Both the position numbers and the translations under genes were made by a program. The notes beneath the pieces were generated by a model. That model was not told where the DNA came from, ran no database searches, and worked only from the letters and a program-made list of their open reading frames with translations. Source: Dehalococcoidia bacterium (GTDB taxonomy: Bacteria > Chloroflexota > Dehalococcoidia > Bin125). Taken from it: a DNA stretch of 64,000 bases. Shown here piece after piece: positions 28,651 to 38,369 of this stretch (the first letter of the stretch is position 1; the number at the start of each line of letters is the position of its first letter). The stretch spans positions 1,408,001 to 1,472,000 of the forward strand of contig CAXXSR010000001.1 of assembly GCA_963662615.2 (NCBI GenBank), read 5' to 3'.

Positions 28651-29811
28651 CTAGTGCGCCCGCGCGTGGTGCTGGGCAAGGATCTCGGCGCCAAAGTCGC
28701 CGTCCGGATCGCGCCAGACGGAATGGATATGGTTCGCGTCGTTCTGCGTGTTGTCGTACTCCACCAAAAACCGCGACCCCTGCAGCCGGTAGTAGTGTGG
28801 CTCGCCGCGCTCCACGCCTCCCGCCCAGGCGAAGTGCACCTCGTCCAACGCCTGCCCCGTCAGCTTCGACGCCTCAACCGCCGCGATCTCCTCCGGCATC
28901 CGCTCAACGTATTGCTGAATCAGCGCCCGCAGCAGATCCCGCTGCGACTCCCTCATCGTCGCGGCCGGTTGCCCCTTCGGCCGCCGCTCGTAGCGCAGCG
29001 CCGCCCGCTCCGCCTCACCGAAGCCCAGCGCCTCCTCCTCCCCCGGCCGCGACCCCCGCATCCGCTCCGCCCACGATTCCGAGATCGCATCGCCCATGAT
29101 CCGCCTCAACGGCAGCGGCAGCGCCCCCTCTTCCACGCGCGATCGGTTCGACTGCACGATGTCCGGCGGCGCCGCCGCCGAGATCACCGCCGTCGTACGC
29201 TGCTCCTCGTCCAGCGACCGCAGCAGCTCACGCGCCAGATCCTCTTCCCGTCCCAACGGCCGCAGCCGCGCCCCACCCACAAACGACGACTCCGCCGGGT
29301 TCGCCCCGAAGAAGGTCGGCGTCGGCGTGATCATCGCGCCATCGACGATCGTGTAGTGCAGAGAAACGTGATGGCCCCCGAAGCGCCACCCCCAATGCGG
29401 TCCGCCGGGCTCGCCGAACACGCTCAGGAAGTACATCATCGGGTCCCGCCAGCGGCTCGGCCCCTCCCGCCCGGGATACCCCAGCGCGCGCCCGCCCTCC
29501 CGCGCATCCAGCGTGTTCTCCAACCCCATGATCGTCGACGCCGTCACTTGGGCGGCGGCGCTGAGCCCGCTCGCCACCAGGCGCTGCGCCAGGCGCTGCT
29601 GATTCGCGTCCATGTCGGCCAGCGCCAACCCCCCGTGCTGCGTCGGCGTGTAGTACCAGCGCCTCAGCTCCGCTTCATCCCCAAGGGCGAACATCGCCGT
29701 CGCCCGCTGATCGGACGCCAGCGCCTCCATAAACTCGCTGGCCGCCGCCGCCATCCGCGCGGCCACCGCCCCGATCCCCGTCGCTCCCTGTTCGGCCCTG
29801 GTCGTAGTCAT
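28651..29811 (-). CDS. DUF3500 protein
   Basis: WGWRFGGHHVSL, PTFFGANP, YYRLQG..EYDNTQNDANHIHSVWRDPDGDFG. Confidence 0.9.
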   Translation of the reverse strand: MTTTRAEQGATGIGAVAARMAAAASEFMEALASDQRATAMFALGDEAELRRWYYTPTQHGGLALADMDANQQRLAQRLVASGLSAAAQVTASTIMGLENTLDAREGGRALGYPGREGPSRWRDPMMYFLSVFGEPGGPHWGWRFGGHHVSLHYTIVDGAMITPTPTFFGANPAESSFVGGARLRPLGREEDLARELLRSLDEEQRTTAVISAAAPPDIVQSNRSRVEEGALPLPLRRIMGDAISESWAERMRGSRPGEEEALGFGEAERAALRYERRPKGQPAATMRESQRDLLRALIQQYVERMPEEIAAVEASKLTGQALDEVHFAWAGGVERGEPHYYRLQGSRFLVEYDNTQNDANHIHSVWRDPDGDFGAEILAQHHARAH

Positions 29812-29834
29812 CGCTGCCCCCGCGCCTCGTCGGC

Positions 29835-30320
29835 GTTTGCCTCTCCGGACCTGTCCTTCCCTCCCGGGAAGGAGCTTGCCTGTCCCGCGCCCGCCCTTGC
29901 TGAGCTGTCCTTGCCTCCTGGGAAGGAGCCTGTCGAGCATTCCCAAGGCCCTCAACCGGCGCGACCCGCATGATACCGCAGGCCGCCCGCGCGCCCCGAC
30001 CTGTCCGGAGCGTGCCCGCCCTAATCCTTCCCCTCGGGGAGGACGAAGGGGCGCAGCGCGAACAGCGGCCGCCCCGCCCGTTCGTCCTGAGCTTGTCGAA
30101 GGGCCGAAGGGGCGAACGCGACGACCGCCCGCTCATCAACCGCCGGCGCGAGCCGCCACCAACACCGCGCCAGCCCGGATGACGCGCGAGCGCGCGTCGA
30201 AACATCCGCTCACCCTGAGCCTGTCGAAGGGTCGTCCTGATCTTGTCGAAGGACGAACGCACCTCCCCCTCTCCATCCTTCCCGCGGAAGGATGGAGAGG
30301 GGGCCGGGGGGTGAGGTCAC
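29835..30320. repeat. Large mosaic REP-like cluster
   Basis: Several (GT)CCTGAG(C/T)TTGTCGAAGG copies, CGGCGCGAGCCGCCACCAAC module and CCCCTCTCC..GGAGAGGGG hairpins. Confidence 0.85.
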
Positions 30321-30363
30321 CCGCTCGCCTGACCAGCGATGCTCGCCACAACCCTCGTCGCGC

Positions 30364-30618
30364 TTACGAAAAAACCTTGTAGACGTGGTCGCCCTTGCGG
30401 CAGCGCTCCCCCACCTTGATCCCCACCGACGCGCCCGCCCCAGCCTCCTCGACCTCCGCATTGTCGACCTGCATCGACTCCACAGTCTGTGTGAGATCGG
30501 TCGTGTGCCCGTGGATGTGAATCGTGTCCTGCAGCCGCAGCTCGCCCGTCAAGTCGATCCCCGCCACTCCGATCTTCGCAAAGTAGCCCCCTACGCGGCC
30601 AATCTCCTCTTCCGGCAC
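30364..30618 (-). CDS. Small translation-factor-like beta-barrel protein (U32 C-terminal-like)
   Basis: IGRVGGYFAKIGVA..GHTTDLTQTVESMQ..VGIKV..VYKV; AGGAGG RBS. Confidence 0.8.
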   Translation of the reverse strand: MPEEEIGRVGGYFAKIGVAGIDLTGELRLQDTIHIHGHTTDLTQTVESMQVDNAEVEEAGAGASVGIKVGERCRKGDHVYKVFS

Positions 30619-30746
30619 AACCCCCTCCTGTCCGTCGCGCCGTACCGATCCGGCGGCCCTGCTCAAGACGCGGACAGTCTACCCGGCCCGGGCCGGATCG
30701 CGTCAGCCGCGCTCGTATGGCCTGCGTGTCCCCGGACAAAGAGGGG

Positions 30747-30980
30747 TTAGACCAGCTCCGCGTCGTAGTAGGAGGGGTACCGCTCAGGCGGACCCACCAG
30801 CGCCCGCCCGCCACAGCGAGTGCAGTTCAGCGCCCCGCTGGCGTTCGCCTGCACCATCGCCGTGCTGGGCAGTGTCGGCGGCGCCACGTACCGCACCCGC
30901 CCGTCACGACGCTCCACTCGCCCCAGCTCGCGACTGCAGAGCAAGTAACGGATGGGGGCCGTCATGTAGGCCACCGTCAC
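30747..30980 (-). CDS. Small zinc-ribbon-like protein
   Basis: YLLCSRELG..CTRCGG; first Cys apparently replaced by Tyr; start uncertain. Confidence 0.5.
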   Translation of the reverse strand: MTVAYMTAPIRYLLCSRELGRVERRDGRVRYVAPPTLPSTAMVQANASGALNCTRCGGRALVGPPERYPSYYDAELV

Positions 30981-31254
30981 ACCTCGTCCCCGCTCGGCGT
31001 CTCCCGCCGACGCCATCCCATTGTGGAGGGGCGCCGCCTCATCGGCGCCCCTGATGGGGCAGTTCTCCTCTGATATAGGAGCCGCCGGCCGCCAAGAGTG
31101 GGGGCAACCCTCACCCATCCCCACCCTGCCAAGGCATCCCCCTCGTCCGAAACGTCAGACGGTATTGTTCTGCCACCGTTAAGCCTTTGTTAAGCACTTC
31201 GACCGACACTGCTCAGCGGACTAGACTCTCGGCGCACAACAAGGAGGCTCCTGC

Positions 31255-32979
31255 ATGAAATCCTCGCTCCTCGGACCAATGCTCGGCGGCCTGGCGATCG
31301 TCGCCGCCGTCGCCGCTCTGGGTGCCGCGCTCCTCGCCGCTTCAGCGAGCGCGCAAAATCCCACCACGTTCCGTGTCACCATCACCAACCAGAGCAACCC
31401 GGAAATGAACATCACGCCGGGCGCCTACGTCATCCACACGACCGCCAACGCATTCTGGTCGGCCGGATCGCAGGCCGATCTTGGCCTAGAGCGCATCGCC
31501 GAGATCGGCGATCCCGCGGAGGCCGTGTCCTCCTTGGGGGCCGGGGCGCTCGATGCCGCGCCCGGCAACGGCGACACCGTCGTCATCGAGTTCACCGCTT
31601 CCCCCGGCGACCACCTCTCCTTCGCACAGATGCTGATCGCCACCAACGACGCCTTCGTCGGCCTCAACTCCATGCCGCTGTTCCAAGGCAGCCAGCCCAC
31701 CGCCGGCACCTTCGGGCTCATCGCTTGGGACGCCGGCACGGAGGAGAACGCGGAGATCGGAAGCGGCTTCGACTTCGGCCAGCCCGACCCGGCCCGCGGC
31801 GCCGACAACGTGGACAACGGCACGACCACCACCGACCCTATCGTCGCCAGCGATCAGTTCGACGGCATTCAGGCCACCGTCTCCATCCTTCCCATCGTCG
31901 AGACACTCTCCGTGCCCGCCGGCCTCAACCTGATCGGCTGGACCGGAGCCGACGTTTCAACGGCCGACTTCCTCGCCGCCAACCCGGACGTGCAGCAGCT
32001 CTTCTGGTGGGATCAGGCGGCCGGGGCTTGGATTAGTGACTTAACCATCCTGCCGGATATCCTCCGCCCCAATCTCATCCTCTCGCGCGGCATGGCGATC
32101 TTCATCATCACGACGCGCGCCACCGACGTCCGCATCGACCTCGTGCCCGCCTTGCCAACGCCGGAGCCCGCCATCGCCTCACGCCTGCGTCTCGACCTCG
32201 ACGGCCTCGAGCCGCTCGCCAGCGGGCACTACGAAGGCTGGGCTATCTTCGGCGACGACAAGCTCTCCACCGGCAAGTTCAACCTCGCCGACGACGGATC
32301 GAAACTCACGCTGAGCGGCGAAGCGATTGACCTCTTCGAGACCGGCGTCGACCTCGCCGGCGCCGACGCGATCGTCATCACCATCGAGGCCGAGGACGAC
32401 ATCGACGACGTCCCCAGCGGCATCGTCGTCCTCGCCGGCGACCTCGCCGGCGCCACCGCCTCGCTCGCCTTCCCCACCAACTTCTCAACCATCGCCGGCG
32501 GCTACATCCTCGCCACCCCCACCGACGACGACTCCACCAACGACACGGCCGGCGTCTGGTTCCTGATCCCGGGCGGCACCCCGGCTCTGACGCTGCCAGC
32601 GCTCCCCGACGGCTGGGTCTATGAGGGCTGGGGCGTGACCCAGGGAACGCCGCTCACCACCGGCCGCTTCCTGGAGGCCAGCGGCACCGACTTCGCCGCC
32701 CCCTTCTCCGGCCCCAACTCCGGGCCGCCCTTCCCCGGCGAGGACTTCGTCACCAACCTCCCCGACGCAATCGCGCCCCCCGTCGATCTGGCCGACGGCG
32801 CTTCCACCATCGTGCTCTCGGTCGAGCCTGACCTCGACGGCGCTGACCCCACCGGCGACGCCCCCTTCTCCATCAAGCCGCTGGTCGGCCCCGTCGCCGC
32901 GGGCCTCGCCGACCACACCCTGGCGGACATGGACCAGAACCTCGCCACCGTTCCCACCGGCCTCGCCACCATCGAATAG
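31255..32979 (+). CDS. Secreted protein: spondin_N-like + PGWN module + YEGW-motif domain
   Basis: Signal peptide; MLIATNDAFVG..WDAGTEEN (spondin); HYEGW, WVYEGW, PFPGEDF; AGGAGG RBS. Confidence 0.8.
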   Translation: MKSSLLGPMLGGLAIVAAVAALGAALLAASASAQNPTTFRVTITNQSNPEMNITPGAYVIHTTANAFWSAGSQADLGLERIAEIGDPAEAVSSLGAGALDAAPGNGDTVVIEFTASPGDHLSFAQMLIATNDAFVGLNSMPLFQGSQPTAGTFGLIAWDAGTEENAEIGSGFDFGQPDPARGADNVDNGTTTTDPIVASDQFDGIQATVSILPIVETLSVPAGLNLIGWTGADVSTADFLAANPDVQQLFWWDQAAGAWISDLTILPDILRPNLILSRGMAIFIITTRATDVRIDLVPALPTPEPAIASRLRLDLDGLEPLASGHYEGWAIFGDDKLSTGKFNLADDGSKLTLSGEAIDLFETGVDLAGADAIVITIEAEDDIDDVPSGIVVLAGDLAGATASLAFPTNFSTIAGGYILATPTDDDSTNDTAGVWFLIPGGTPALTLPALPDGWVYEGWGVTQGTPLTTGRFLEASGTDFAAPFSGPNSGPPFPGEDFVTNLPDAIAPPVDLADGASTIVLSVEPDLDGADPTGDAPFSIKPLVGPVAAGLADHTLADMDQNLATVPTGLATIE

Positions 32980-33025
32980 GATTGGCACCATCGAATAGGA
33001 AGGCGCCCCGTCAACTCGCACGCAC

Positions 33026-33051
33026 AGAGGCCCGGCTCCCGCCGGGCCTCT
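33026..33051 (+). terminator. Probable intrinsic terminator
   Basis: AGAGGCCCGGC-TCCC-GCCGGGCCTCT followed by TCCTT. Confidence 0.65.
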
Positions 33052-33123
33052 TCCTTAAGGAACTATATACTTGACTCCCTCGTCATGGTAGGCTAGTATC
33101 TCCCTGAAGGCAGGGAGACGGCC

Positions 33124-34053
33124 ATGAGCCACGGTGATGTGACAGTCAGCACATTTGAACTCTTCCAGATGATCCCGGACGCCGAGGCTGCCCGGCTCTA
33201 CCTCGAAGCGCGACGTTGGCACGGTGAGCCGGCCTGCCCGCTCTGTGGTGCCTACGAGCACATCACCGCCCGCACCGGTAAGCGAGTGGGCTATTACCGA
33301 TGCCGCGACTGCGGCGGCGAGTTCACTGTCCGCACCGGCACGATCTTCGAGCGCTCGCACGTTCCGCTCAACAAGTGGGTCTACGCCATGTACCAGTTGG
33401 TCACGGCCCGTAAGGGTATCTCTTCACTTCAGCTATCCAAAGAGATCGGCGTCACGCAGAAGACGGCGTGGTTCATGCTGGGTCGCCTTCGCGAAGCGTG
33501 CGGCGACGACACTAGCTCGCTCAGCGGGATCGTCGAGGTGGACGAGACGTTCATCGGTGGCAAGGAGCACAACAAGCACGCCAACAAGAAGCTCCACGCC
33601 GGACGTGGTACTGTCGGCAAGCAGCCGGTGATCGGGATGCGTCAGCGCGGCGGCAAGTCGATCGCGAAGCCGATCGGCGGCACGGATGGGGCGACGCTCC
33701 GCTCGGCCATCGAACAGCACGTGCGCCCCGGCTCCACGGTCTACACGGACGAGCACAGCGGCTATCACGCCCTCGCGCTCTACGCGCGCGGAACCGTCAA
33801 CCATGGCGCCGGCGAGTACGTCGGCGCGGGAGACATCCACATCAACTCGGTCGAGTCGATGTGGGCCGTGCTCAAGCGCAGCATCTACGGCACTTGGCAT
33901 CAGGTCAGCGTGAAGCACCTCGCCCGGTACGTGAACGAGGCGACGTTCCGGCTCAACGAGGGCAGCGTTCAGCGCCACACACTGGATCGGCTCGCGTCCT
34001 TCGCCGAGCACGCGTTCCACCACCGGATCACGTACCGGGAGTTGACGGCATGA
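33124..34053 (+). CDS. IS1595 transposase
   Basis: CPLC..CRDC zinc ribbon, VEVDETF, YTDEH, NSVESMW, YVNEATFR. Confidence 0.95.
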   Translation: MSHGDVTVSTFELFQMIPDAEAARLYLEARRWHGEPACPLCGAYEHITARTGKRVGYYRCRDCGGEFTVRTGTIFERSHVPLNKWVYAMYQLVTARKGISSLQLSKEIGVTQKTAWFMLGRLREACGDDTSSLSGIVEVDETFIGGKEHNKHANKKLHAGRGTVGKQPVIGMRQRGGKSIAKPIGGTDGATLRSAIEQHVRPGSTVYTDEHSGYHALALYARGTVNHGAGEYVGAGDIHINSVESMWAVLKRSIYGTWHQVSVKHLARYVNEATFRLNEGSVQRHTLDRLASFAEHAFHHRITYRELTA

Positions 34054-34994
34054 CCGAGCAGGCTCTCAACGCCATCACGGACAAGGTGTTCTCGCACCGC
34101 TACCAGCCCGGCCCGCTCAAGGTCATCGCCGGAACGTCTGACGCGCCGCTGCGCATCGGTGATATCGAGATTCCCTGCTACGTGCTGGAAGACGAGACGC
34201 GTGTCCTGAGTCAGCGCGGGGTCTTCGAGGCGCTCGGCGTGAGTCGGGGTGGAGGTTCAAACGGCGGCGCACAGACCCCCCGTTTCGCGGCCTCTAAGTC
34301 CCTGCAACCATTTGTGCGCAACGATTTAACGGCGGCGCTCAGCTCGCCCATTCTGTTCCAGCCGCCGCAAGGAGGTCGCACCGCCTACGGCTACCCGGCA
34401 GAGGTACTCGTGGACATCTGCAAGGCGGTGCTTCAAGCGCGCGACGCTGGTGCGCTGGATCGTCAGCAGGCCACCCTTGCGCGTCGCGCCGACATGCTGA
34501 TTCAAGGCTTCGCCACCGTCGGCGTGATCGCGCTCGTGGACGAAGCCACGGGCTACCAGCGCATCCGCGAAGAGCACGCGCTCGCAACTATCCTTGAGCG
34601 CTTTATCGCCGCTGAGCTCCAGTCGTGGACACGGACATTCGACTATGAGTTCTACGAACAGATATTCCGGCTCAAGGGTTGGGGCAGTCCCGATGGCGTC
34701 AAGCGACCTCGCGTGATCGGTACCTACACGAACGATATCGTCTATGAGCGGATCGCACCGGGAGTGCTCGACGAACTGCGTCAGGTCAATCCAACCCTAC
34801 CGCAAGGTTGGCGGAAGAATCGACATCACCAGTGGTTCACGCCGGAGTTCGGGCACCCCAAGCTCAAGGAGCACCTCGCCGCAGTCATCGCGCTCATGCG
34901 CGCAGCACCAAGCTGGGACGCCTTCAAGCGCAGTCTTGATCGCGCGCTCCCGAAGATTGGGAACACGATCCCACTGGCGCTGTACGACGAATAG
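34050..34994 (+). CDS. P63C-domain protein (IS cargo)
   Basis: IPCYVLED..RVLS, VGVIALVDEATGYQ, FY..IFRLKGW, HHQW; ATGA overlap with the transposase stop. Confidence 0.85.
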   Translation: MTEQALNAITDKVFSHRYQPGPLKVIAGTSDAPLRIGDIEIPCYVLEDETRVLSQRGVFEALGVSRGGGSNGGAQTPRFAASKSLQPFVRNDLTAALSSPILFQPPQGGRTAYGYPAEVLVDICKAVLQARDAGALDRQQATLARRADMLIQGFATVGVIALVDEATGYQRIREEHALATILERFIAAELQSWTRTFDYEFYEQIFRLKGWGSPDGVKRPRVIGTYTNDIVYERIAPGVLDELRQVNPTLPQGWRKNRHHQWFTPEFGHPKLKEHLAAVIALMRAAPSWDAFKRSLDRALPKIGNTIPLALYDE

Positions 34995-34996
34995 CC

Positions 34997-35705
34997 TTAC
35001 TCGACGAGCAGGATGCGCACGGGGTCGGTGAAACTGCTGGGCGCGTAACGGAGTTCCACCGGTCGGGCCTCGGTCGTGATCGTGAAGTACAGTGATCGAT
35101 CTACTGTGGTGTTCCCGAACAGCTGGAACGTACCCTCCTTGAACATGTTCTCTGGGCAGTCACTGCAGAACGTGTCGGCGTTATGCCCGACACCGTCAGA
35201 GTCGATCACCGTGAATGTTGACCTTCCACTGAACGTGTAGGACTCGCCCTTGAGCTTGCGCATCCTCACCACCAACCGCCAGTTGCTATCGTCGAACTGC
35301 GAGGCCGAGGTGTGCAACGCTACGGACACAGCAGTGAGTTCAAGGCTGCCGACCACTACAGGATCACCGAATGCGGGCGGCGTAGGTGCGGGCGGAGGAG
35401 GCGGAGGAGTAGGCGTGAGTTTTAAGTGTCTCCGTTGAAGCGGTCGGTTCAGGTTCGGTGGTGTCCGACGCCACAGTAGCCGTCACGACAGTCGTCGGTT
35501 TTGCAGTCGCGGCGCCGTCGTCAGTCGGTACCGCGATCCAAGCCACCAGCAGAATCACTGAGACCACGCCGACCCATGGCATCCAGGTCATGCGCAGACG
35601 CGCTGAGAACAGCAGCGGGATCGTGACGATCCAGACTCCGCTCACGACCAGCGTGACGATGCGTAGCCAGTTCGGCCAGTTGCGCGGTGCTAGCTTGTCG
35701 GGCAT
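34997..35705 (-). pseudogene. Membrane-anchored Ig-like (DUF4352-like) protein, frameshifted near 35420
   Basis: TM + Thr/Pro linker in one frame continues as LTPTPPPPP..GDPVVVGSLELT..FTVIDSDG in another. Confidence 0.6.
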
Positions 35706-35839
35706 GGACTTGACCTTCTTACGGAGAGAGGTCTCCCGTACTATACCCTAGACGCGCGTCGGGAGTCAAGTATATAGTTCCCCTTCCTTAGCCCCATTGC
35801 GACGCGCCGTGCCGAGATCAATAAGCGACGCAGTCCCAA

Positions 35840-36000
35840 CGGTTCGTCCTGACCTGGCCTTGCCTCCTGGAAAAGAGCCAGTCGAAGGGCGAACGCCCCA
35901 AATATCGCCCAGAGCATCAAGCCTCGGCGCGAGCCGCCACCAACACCGCGCTCGCCTGGACGACCCGCGAGCGCGTGTGGAAAACGAGCGCGCGGAAAAA
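35840..36000. repeat. Mosaic REP-like cluster
   Basis: GTTCGTCCTGACCTGG..GTCGAAGGGCGAACG and CGGCGCGAGCCGCCACCAAC modules. Confidence 0.8.
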
Positions 36001-36008
36001 AACGCGCC

Positions 36009-37607
36009 CTACGGACCGCCCGTCGCTACCTCCGCCGATACAATCGGCCGGAACGTGTCGAAGTTGTCACGGAACAACGCCGCCAGATCCCTGTAGCTGC
36101 GGTCGTACGATTTCGTATCCTGCCACTGCTCGCGCGGGTTCAGCACGCCATCGTCAAGGCCGGGGCAGGACACGGGCACGTCGAACCCAAAGATCGCATC
36201 GGCCCGATACGCGCCGGCCCCCAGCCGGTCATTCAGGATCGCATGCACCATCCGCCGCGTGTCCTGAATCGCAACCCGATGCCCCACCCCGTACGCGCCG
36301 CCAACCCACCCCGTGTTGATCAGCCAGACCTGCGCGCCCGTCATCTCCAGCCGCTGCTGCAGCATCTCGGCGTACACCGTGGGGTTCAGCGCCATGAAGG
36401 GCGCCCCAAAGCAGGCGCTGAACGTCGCTTGCGGCTCGTCGATGCCCGTCTCCGTCCCCGCCAGCTTCGACGTGTAGCCGCTCAGGAAGTGGTACAGCGC
36501 CTGCGGGTACGTCAGCCGCGCCATCGGCGGCAACACGCCAAAGGCGTCCGCCGTCAGCAGGATCACATGCGACGGATGCGGCGCCAGCCCGTCCTGATAC
36601 GCATTCGCCAGCATCGACAGCGGGTACGACCCCCGCGTGTTCTCCGTCAGCGAGTCATCGTCCAGGTCCACCCGCCGACTGTCCTCGGGAAAGACCACGT
36701 TCTCCAGGATGGTGCCAAAGTCCCGCATGGTCTCAAAGATCACCGGCTCCGCCTCTTGCGAGAGACGGATCACCTTCGCGTAGCAGCCCCCTTCAATGTT
36801 GAAGATCCCGGACTCCGACCAGGCGTGCTCGTCGTCGCCGATCAAGATGCGATCGGGATCGGTGCTCAGCGTCGTCTTGCCCGTCCCCGACAGGCCAAAG
36901 AAGAACGCCGTCTTCCCCGTCTCCGGGTCCATGTTCGCCGCCGAGTGCAGCGTCAGCACTCCGGTCAACGGCAGGTAGTAGTTCATCGCTGTAAAGACGG
37001 CCTTCTTCATCTCGCCCGCGTAGGCCGTCCCCGCAATCAGCACCACCCCCTCCTCTAGGTGCAGCGCGACCACGGCATCGCTGTTGACGCCGTCCGCGTC
37101 GCCCTCCAGCTCCAAGAAGGGGGCGTGCAGAATGGTGATGTCGGCCCGCTCCCCCTCCGGCAGCGCCGTCCCCGTTTCGTCGTTGGGGATGAACATCGTC
37201 CGGGCGAAGATGCTGTGATAGGCCTGCTCCGTGATCACCTGCACCGTCCGCCGCTGCTCACGGTCCTGGGAGACCGTGCAGTCCTGCACGTAGAGGCTCT
37301 TCCCGGCGAAGTAGTCCAGCACCCGGCCCTGCAAGTGCGCAAACGTCTCCGGCTCCATAGGCTGATTGTGCGCGCCCCACCAGACGTGCTCCGCCGTCTC
37401 CGGCGTGCGCACCACGAACTTGTCCTGCGGGCTCCGACCGGTCCGCCGCCCCGTCCGCACCGCGAAGCTGCCGCCCTCCAGCAGCTTGCCCTCCCCCGCA
37501 CGCACGGAGTGCTCGTAGAGCACCGGCGTCGTCAGATTGCGGTACACCGTCTCCGCCTTCGCGAGGACGCGCTTGCTGATCTCGCCTGAGCCCGCGGTTC
37601 GCGGCAT
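36009..37607 (-). CDS. pckA: Phosphoenolpyruvate carboxykinase (ATP)
   Basis: TGRSPQDKF, YAGEMKK, GLSGTGKTT, IGDDEH, NIEGGCYAK. Confidence 0.96.
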   Translation of the reverse strand: MPRTAGSGEISKRVLAKAETVYRNLTTPVLYEHSVRAGEGKLLEGGSFAVRTGRRTGRSPQDKFVVRTPETAEHVWWGAHNQPMEPETFAHLQGRVLDYFAGKSLYVQDCTVSQDREQRRTVQVITEQAYHSIFARTMFIPNDETGTALPEGERADITILHAPFLELEGDADGVNSDAVVALHLEEGVVLIAGTAYAGEMKKAVFTAMNYYLPLTGVLTLHSAANMDPETGKTAFFFGLSGTGKTTLSTDPDRILIGDDEHAWSESGIFNIEGGCYAKVIRLSQEAEPVIFETMRDFGTILENVVFPEDSRRVDLDDDSLTENTRGSYPLSMLANAYQDGLAPHPSHVILLTADAFGVLPPMARLTYPQALYHFLSGYTSKLAGTETGIDEPQATFSACFGAPFMALNPTVYAEMLQQRLEMTGAQVWLINTGWVGGAYGVGHRVAIQDTRRMVHAILNDRLGAGAYRADAIFGFDVPVSCPGLDDGVLNPREQWQDTKSYDRSYRDLAALFRDNFDTFRPIVSAEVATGGP

Positions 37608-37734
37608 TCGCCCAGATTCCGTTCTTGCCACAACAGCCCATTCTTGCCAACGGCCGAAAGCGCCAGAGACGGACTCGCCCAACGTGCTCCAACAACCATC
37701 ATCCACCACCGCCACCGGCGCCGCCACCCGCCCC

Positions 37735-38260
37735 GCTCATCAACCCTCGGCGCGAGCCGCCACCAACGCCGCGTGAGCCCGGACGACCCGCGAGCGCGCG
37801 TCGAAAAACCCGTTCGTCCTGAACCTGTCGAAGGGCGAACGAGTCCTGCACCCCCTCTCCATCGCTCACCGATGGAGAGGGGGCTGGGGGGTGAGGTCCT
37901 CCCGTCACCCTGCACCCGCCCGTCCTGACCGGTCCTTCGCGCAGCAGAAGGAGCCTGCCTGTCCTGAGCTTGCCGAAGGGCCGAACGGTCGAACGGTGAC
38001 GGGGGGCGACATCGTCCTGATCATGAAGTCCCGGCGCGAGCCGCCACCAACCCCGCGCGAGCCCGCATGACCCGCGAGCGCGCGTCAAAAAACCGCCCCG
38101 ACCATCAACCGCCGGCGCGAGCCGCCACCAACCCCGCGCGAGCCCGCATGACCCGCGAGCGCGCGTCAAAAAACCGCCCCGCTCATCAACCGCCGGCGCG
38201 AGCCGCCACCAACCCCGCGCGAGCCCGCATGACCCGCGAGCGCGCGTCAAAAACCGCCCC
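37735..38260. repeat. REP cluster plus three tandem 81-bp units
   Basis: Unit CCGGCGCGAGCCGCCACCAACCCCGCGCGAGCCCGCATGACCCGCGAGCGCGCGTCAAAAA.. starts at 38031, 38112, 38193. Confidence 0.9.
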
Positions 38261-38369
38261 CGCTTGCCGACTGCCCCCCGCGTCTGTTAGCCAGAAGGCT
38301 CGAAACGCGTTGGGCACTGGACGGGTCGCGGACTCGTCGCCAGCCCAGACGGACGGCGCCAGCGAGATC

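Larger units (their letters stand above)
33058..35782 (+). mobile_element. IS1595-family transporter element with cargo
   Basis: 21-bp TIR GGAACTATATACTTGACTCCC at 33059-79 and 35761-81; 8-bp TSD CTTCCTTA at 33050-57 and 35783-90. Confidence 0.95.

Noticed and set aside
27574-29973. 799-aa plus-strand ORF and similar long antisense ORFs (e.g. 4592-6514, 23861-25606, 44308-45936)
   Set aside because: High-GC shadow frames opposite well-supported genes, with no motifs
35410-35430. Programmed frameshift in the IS1595 cargo gene
   Set aside because: CTTAAAAC is not a canonical slippery heptamer; a simple indel is more likely
38031-38260. CRISPR array (also considered for 53430-54033 and 63751-64000)
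   Set aside because: Units are 81-93 bp or irregular, lack unique equal-length spacers, and no cas genes are present
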